The position numbers and the translations under genes are program-made. Positions 59,098-64,000 of a stretch of 64,000 nucleotides of DNA are shown one piece after another; within the stretch, counting starts at the first letter, position 1; every line of letters starts with the position of its first letter. The DNA lies in assembly GCA_002010065.2 (NCBI GenBank), contig MTMD02000001.1, forward strand, positions 64,001 through 128,000, in the 5' to 3' direction. Source of the DNA: Candidatus Pyrohabitans jungbluthii. Its GTDB lineage: Archaea > Hydrothermarchaeota > Hydrothermarchaeia > Hydrothermarchaeales > BMS3B. Under the pieces are notes generated by a model, which was not told the DNA's origin, did no database searches, and saw only the letters and a program-made list of their open reading frames with translations.

Positions 59098-59415
59098 TTA
59101 CTTATAATACCCCCACTCCCTCTTGGGTCCAAAGCTGCGGATTCCAAACTTCAACAGCTGTATTCTGAGGCGCAGAGCATAGTCAGAGCTTATCTCGCCG
59201 CGCTTCTCCAGGTATCTTATAATCTCCATGCCCTCCTCTTCGGTGCTGCACCTGTTCAAAAAGTCGATTACACCCGGGTTATAACCTTTAAATCTGTCCT
59301 TTACTTCCTCATTCTGAGACTCTCTTTCAACCTTTATCCTGATAAAATTGCTCTCCTCTATCTCCTTGGCCAGGTTTGGATACTTCCTCTTAAACTCCTC
59401 ATTGTACTCTATCAT
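59098..59415 (-). CDS. DUF2095 family protein
   Basis: FKRKYPNLAKE, YNPGVIDFL.RC.T.EE and GIRSFG motifs. Confidence 0.88.
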   Translation of the reverse strand: MIEYNEEFKRKYPNLAKEIEESNFIRIKVERESQNEEVKDRFKGYNPGVIDFLNRCSTEEEGMEIIRYLEKRGEISSDYALRLRIQLLKFGIRSFGPKREWGYYK

Positions 59416-59441
59416 CCCTTACACCACAAACTTACTGCCAT

Positions 59442-61295
59442 TCATCTCCTCGTAATAGATTCCTCCAATTCCTCCCTGGGAAGGCGCATGCGCTGCTTTA
59501 AAGCTTTTGCTATTTTATAAATAAGAAAGGCTGCAACACTCATCGCAATTAAGACCACGAAGAAAAAGATCGCCGGCGATAGACCAAAGATCCTCTTTAT
59601 CAGCTTCGCCTCCACGCTTGTGCTTCGCCCTGAGAAAACCTCAACCTCGGTTTCGTAGGGCATGTAACCAGCCTTCTCCAGCCTCACCCTGTACCTTCTA
59701 GGCGGAAGGTAAAGCTCCGCGTCTGTGGTTGCGACACGCTCACCATCGATATAGACTTCAGCACCTGTAGGGATGGAGCTAACCACAAGAAGACCCTTTT
59801 CCACCTCCTCCCTGTAAACATCAAAAGTAACCTCATCGCTGGCGGTGCTCTTCCCATCACTAACCTCGGCGCGTAGCATGTAGCTCCCAGCCTCAAAGGA
59901 TGAGACATCCAGCCTGTAGCTTCCTTCAGCTTCGCTCCCCTGGTAGAGTGTGGTTACTCCCTTAGTGGAAATAAGCTCTATCCTCACAGTGAGAGGGTCT
60001 CCATCAGCATCCTGAGCAACCCACCTCACCTCAACCTCGCCCGAAGCTTTTGCTCCATTAGCTGGTGAGACTATCTCAACCTCGGGGGGAGTGTTCTTTC
60101 TCTCTTCTTCCTCACGTACCTCCTGCTTCTGCGGCTGTTGTGTAACGTCGACACGCCAGCTCACCACCACCTCACTGAAAGGCGCTGAGACAATGCACTC
60201 CACAACGCCAGAACCAAGCTTCGCTGTATAGGTGAATTCGCTATCCCGCGAAACGTCTATGCCATTGAAACGCCAAAGGTAGCTCACCTTCAGCTCGTCG
60301 GTGTGCTCCGCCTCAACGCCAAAACGAACCTCCTCACCCGGCTTTACTGTGAGCTTCTCAGAGGTTGGATGCCGGGAGAGCACCTTAAGTGCGCTATCCA
60401 CATTGCCCAGAAAAATCATTGGTTCAATCTTGTAGTGGCGAAGCACATCTTGGGTGCGCAGCCCCTGAGTGGTGCCGTATGTATAGCCTGGCTCATACCT
60501 CATTAACCTGAGTCTGGTCTCGTAGTAGGCGTACTCCACCCCAACAAGCTCGTCCCTGCCATCGCCGTCAACATCTCCAGCGAGCAAGGCTGCAAAAGGC
60601 TGTGTATATTTTGCCTCCCCTATTTTGTTAAGCTTCTCTGTCAAATCGCGGATGTAGGAGGTGTCGTAAAGAAAGATGGTTAGCCTCGTCTCATATGGCA
60701 AAGCCTGGATGGCGATGAGTTCATCTATACCATCACCGTTAATGTCGCCAGCGAGCCAGTTCTCAAGGGACTCGCGGTACTTGAGCATGTCCAGCTGGCG
60801 CAGCTTCTCTGTTATCCCCCGGGAATACTCAGGATCATAGGTGTAAAGGTAGATCTCTGTCCATGCAACCTTGGGCTGAATAAGGATAAGCTCATCCACA
60901 CCATCGCCATTGACGTCGCCGGCTAGCCACCTTCCTGCTTCGCTACCATGGCGTGCAACGTCGAGGCGTAGCAGCTTATTTTCATCCCTGTCGTAGCGGT
61001 ATATCTCAAGCTTGGAGCCCTGCGCCTCCCTCACCACCTTTATAAGCTCGTCTATGCTATCTCCGTCAACATCACCTGTGAAAAAGTTCGCCCAGTATGG
61101 CAACTCCACCACTGCCTTCTTCTCTAAACCATAGTTGTTGCCATAGGCATAGCCACTTTTGTACTGGAAAAATGAAAGCTCCATTCCCGTGGTGGTGTTA
61201 ACCGCGATTACAACCTCATCCACAGGGTAGGAGGGAAGCGCATGGAGATGCGCGAAGGTGAGCAGTATCGCCAGTGTCACTATGAGCCAGCGCAT
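59442..61295 (-). CDS. Cell-surface protein: FG-GAP/VCBS-like repeats, Ig-like and PEGA domains, C-terminal TM
   Basis: Signal peptide; four GD(V/I)(D/N)GD..DEL repeats; NTPPEVEIVSP; PEGA-like SSIPTGAEVYIDG; TM anchor. Confidence 0.88.
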   Translation of the reverse strand: MRWLIVTLAILLTFAHLHALPSYPVDEVVIAVNTTTGMELSFFQYKSGYAYGNNYGLEKKAVVELPYWANFFTGDVDGDSIDELIKVVREAQGSKLEIYRYDRDENKLLRLDVARHGSEAGRWLAGDVNGDGVDELILIQPKVAWTEIYLYTYDPEYSRGITEKLRQLDMLKYRESLENWLAGDINGDGIDELIAIQALPYETRLTIFLYDTSYIRDLTEKLNKIGEAKYTQPFAALLAGDVDGDGRDELVGVEYAYYETRLRLMRYEPGYTYGTTQGLRTQDVLRHYKIEPMIFLGNVDSALKVLSRHPTSEKLTVKPGEEVRFGVEAEHTDELKVSYLWRFNGIDVSRDSEFTYTAKLGSGVVECIVSAPFSEVVVSWRVDVTQQPQKQEVREEEERKNTPPEVEIVSPANGAKASGEVEVRWVAQDADGDPLTVRIELISTKGVTTLYQGSEAEGSYRLDVSSFEAGSYMLRAEVSDGKSTASDEVTFDVYREEVEKGLLVVSSIPTGAEVYIDGERVATTDAELYLPPRRYRVRLEKAGYMPYETEVEVFSGRSTSVEAKLIKRIFGLSPAIFFFVVLIAMSVAAFLIYKIAKALKQRMRLPREELEESITRR

Positions 61296-61328
61296 AATTA
61301 AAGTAGAGCCGGACACATATATAAGGTT

Positions 61329-61385
61329 TGACGGTTTATCTGACGGTTAAACTTAAATATCCCTTTGAACCATTTTGATGACGGT
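61329..61385 (+). promoter_or_regulatory. TGACGGT direct repeats around a TATA-like box upstream of cbbQ
   Basis: TGACGGTT at 61329 and 61341, TGACGGT at 61379, TTAAATA at 61353. Confidence 0.5.
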
Positions 61386-61435
61386 GGTTTTAGTGCTGCG
61401 TCTTGGCACACCTGAGCAAAACTGGAGGTATAGCC

Positions 61436-62251
61436 ATGGTTGAGAGTAAGACACTCAAGGTTGAGGAGTACATAATAACAGAAGAGCCCTACTACGAGCC
61501 CGTGGGCAATGAGATTGAGATTTTTGAAGCCGCTTACAAGAACAAGCTCCCTGTTATGCTTAAAGGTCCCACCGGCTGCGGTAAGACCCGCTTCATGCAG
61601 TACATGGCATGGAAGCTTAAGCGCCCCCTAATTACCGTATCCTGTCACGACGACCTGACCTCGAGCGACCTGGTGGGACGCTACCTTGTTAAAGGCGGAG
61701 AGACCGAGTGGGTGGACGGCCCGCTTACCCGTGCGGTTAAGGTTGGTGCTATCTGCTACCTCGACGAGATTGTAGAGGCAAGAAAGGACACCACCGTTGT
61801 GATTCACCCGCTCACCGACGACAGGCGAATTTTACCAATAGAGAAGAGGGGCGAGATAATTAAGGCGCCGGATGAGTTCCTTCTCGCTATCTCCTACAAC
61901 CCGGGTTACCAGAGCGTGCTTAAAGATCTGAAGCACTCCACCAGGCAGCGCTTCGTAAGCATAAACTTCGACTACCCGCCCAAGGAGCTGGAGAAGAAGA
62001 TAGTCATGAAGGAGAGCGGAGTAGATGAAGAAACTGCTGAGGCGCTGGTAACGCTTGGCGAGAAGATACGCAACCTCAAGGACAAAGGCTTAGAAGAAGG
62101 CGCAGGTACCAGACTGCTCATCTACGCGGGTCAGCTAATAAAGGAAGGCATCGAGCCAGCACAAGCGGCGGAAATAGCGATGGCAAACCCGATTACAGAC
62201 GACGCCGACATGCTCCGCGCTATTAGAGAGCTCATAACCACTGTATTCTAG
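61436..62251 (+). CDS. cbbQ: CbbQ/NirQ/NorQ AAA+ ATPase
   Basis: [37 protein letters not shown] and SYNPGYQ motifs. Confidence 0.93.
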   Translation: MVESKTLKVEEYIITEEPYYEPVGNEIEIFEAAYKNKLPVMLKGPTGCGKTRFMQYMAWKLKRPLITVSCHDDLTSSDLVGRYLVKGGETEWVDGPLTRAVKVGAICYLDEIVEARKDTTVVIHPLTDDRRILPIEKRGEIIKAPDEFLLAISYNPGYQSVLKDLKHSTRQRFVSINFDYPPKELEKKIVMKESGVDEETAEALVTLGEKIRNLKDKGLEEGAGTRLLIYAGQLIKEGIEPAQAAEIAMANPITDDADMLRAIRELITTVF

Positions 62252-62261
62252 GGTAGCGAAT

Positions 62262-64000
62262 ATGGCGAGCTTTGAAGACGTACGGAGCAATCTGTTCAAG
62301 ATTCTGGGGCAGACATCCTTTGGCGAGGACGTAATGGATGTGCGCTTCACGGGCTTTCACTATGCCCGTGGGCTGCGCAGCATAGACGAGGCAGTGCCAG
62401 CGCTGATGGAGCTGCCCAACGACGTGCTGAGGGAGATCTACAGGCAAGGGGAGAAGCTGGCGAAGCGCGACAAGGAGATGGCATTCAACTTCTTCATGAC
62501 CGCCCCGGACGCGGTGACCCACTTTAGCCTCGAGGACCTCAAAAAGTGGGTGGAGATGGGCTTAGAGCTGGCGGACGCGTACGGCGTCGTACCAGCGCGC
62601 AACTTCTTCAAGGGTATTACCAGGGAGACCATTGAGAAGATCCACTCCCATGGACTTGAGTTTAAAGATGTGGCAAGGATAATGGAGATATACATCAACG
62701 CGCTGAGCGGTGACCAGCTGGCGGTGCAGGAGGACGTCACAAGCTACACAGATACGCGCGTAGTTTACCTGCCCCAGAAGGTGGAAGAATTTGAGAACAA
62801 TGAGCTCAACTTTAAGGTTTACAAGGTGATAGCGGCGCATCGCTACGCTCAGAAGCGCTACCGCAGCCTTGAGCCAAATCTGAAGCGCATTGAGGATGTT
62901 GTAAACGAAATTCAGCAGAAGTACGGGCGCAGCATCTCCGACACCCGCGAGGGGCTGGAGAACTTTATATACCTCTTCCCGGAGGAGCAGCTTGCTTTAG
63001 ATATTTTCAGCATAGTGGAGAATGCACGGGTGGAGAGAAATCTGCGCAAGGAGTTTAAAGGCATAGCCCGAGACATGGACATGCTTTTAGAGCGGGAGTG
63101 GGAGCGCCGTCCCAGCTTTTCAAAGCTGAGCGATAAGGAGGCGGTGCTGGAAGCGCTGATGCAGCTCCTGACCTACGGGAAGCTTAAAGAGGGTCTAAAC
63201 CCCAGCTTAGAGGAGATAGCGCGTAAAGCCTACGAGATAGTAAAGGAGATGCTGGAAAAGGAGCGCCCGACCGTTGAGGACAGCTGCATCGCCACCTATA
63301 AGATTTACGAGCTTATTGAGGAAAAGCTCTTCGGCACACCATACAACCGCTTCAACGACATAGCATTTAGAGGCGTTATTAAGCCAGAGCAGGTAACCGC
63401 AGGCTTGAGAAAGACCAAGAAGGAGATGGCAGAGAAGCTGGAGTCGCTGCTGGAGGATCTGAATATAGAGAAGCCTCCAGATATAGACAGCATGATTCAG
63501 CATGCAATGAATGAGGTGCCCGATCCCCTCGCCTATGGCGCGCCTCTCGATTTTCTCTTCCGCCTTGGCTTGGAGATCCCCGAGGAGATACAGGAGGAGA
63601 TCCTGCGCGAGATAGAGAAGATACTCGGCGAGCTGGGTGAGATCGACGCCAGCATGCTGATGAAGGTTCTGGACAGCGCTGGCAGGAAGATAAGGGCAAA
63701 CATCCAGGCTAAGGTTACCGAGTTCCAGGTGGAGCTTACTGAGGAGGACAAGCAGGGGGCCTTCCTCTACGACGAGTGGGATTACAAGGTGGGGAACTAC
63801 CGCGCTGCGTGGTGTGCCCTGAAGGAGAAAATGATGCACAAGGGCAGCGATAAGTTCGTGGAGAAGACGCTGCAGAAGCACGCAGGCTTGGTGTCGCTTA
63901 TAAAGCGTCAGTTTGAGATGATGCGCCCCGACTACAAACGGCTCTTCAAGCAGATGTACGGCGAGGAGATAGACCTGGACGCCTTCGTCGAAGCTTTTGC
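62262..64000 (+). CDS. CbbO/NorD-like VWA adaptor (partial, runs off the right edge)
   Basis: Open frame from ATG 62262 (MASFEDVRSNL...) with YTD..VVYLP, VENARV, YDEWDY...YR..WC and GEEIDLDA motifs. Confidence 0.85.
   Translation, partial: MASFEDVRSNLFKILGQTSFGEDVMDVRFTGFHYARGLRSIDEAVPALMELPNDVLREIYRQGEKLAKRDKEMAFNFFMTAPDAVTHFSLEDLKKWVEMGLELADAYGVVPARNFFKGITRETIEKIHSHGLEFKDVARIMEIYINALSGDQLAVQEDVTSYTDTRVVYLPQKVEEFENNELNFKVYKVIAAHRYAQKRYRSLEPNLKRIEDVVNEIQQKYGRSISDTREGLENFIYLFPEEQLALDIFSIVENARVERNLRKEFKGIARDMDMLLEREWERRPSFSKLSDKEAVLEALMQLLTYGKLKEGLNPSLEEIARKAYEIVKEMLEKERPTVEDSCIATYKIYELIEEKLFGTPYNRFNDIAFRGVIKPEQVTAGLRKTKKEMAEKLESLLEDLNIEKPPDIDSMIQHAMNEVPDPLAYGAPLDFLFRLGLEIPEEIQEEILREIEKILGELGEIDASMLMKVLDSAGRKIRANIQAKVTEFQVELTEEDKQGAFLYDEWDYKVGNYRAAWCALKEKMMHKGSDKFVEKTLQKHAGLVSLIKRQFEMMRPDYKRLFKQMYGEEIDLDAFVEAF

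Overview
Gene-dense chromosomal segment of an archaeon, probably thermophilic and euryarchaeote-like. Hydrothermarchaeota would fit the gene content, but this cannot be confirmed from the window. Core housekeeping blocks: the exosome/proteasome/RNase P superoperon (rpl15e to pfdB), nop5-fibrillarin, tmcA, taw1, pyrBI, pyrF, aroA'/aroB', mtnA, deoxyhypusine synthase, Lsm, the HMG-CoA synthase-thiolase-DUF35 cluster, tRNA-Thr(GGT), tRNA-Pro(CGG) and a fluoride riboswitch-crcB-crcB-DUF190 unit. Accessory or uncharacterised content: (i) a long coiled-coil protein / MCP / two HEAT-repeat proteins / MinD / small membrane protein cluster (1-8.9 kb); (ii) a ~17 kb sulfur-handling region (25-42 kb) with YeeE/YedE, three TusA-like proteins, a cupredoxin with GYG repeats, a radical SAM enzyme, two glycosyltransferases, a Cys-Cys MacB-type ABC transporter, DUF362, a sulfate-exporter-family protein and a HAMP-PAS-DUF835-HTH sensor; (iii) an ASCH gene overlapping tmcA, a candidate ac4C writer plus eraser/reader pair; (iv) two candidate structured ncRNAs, a REP-like tandem hairpin, several small Cys-rich ORFs missing from the ORF track, and a cbbQ/cbbO-like pair at the right edge. 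All family assignments come from motif recognition by eye; no database searches were run. Several start codons were moved downstream of the ORF-track starts using RBS position.
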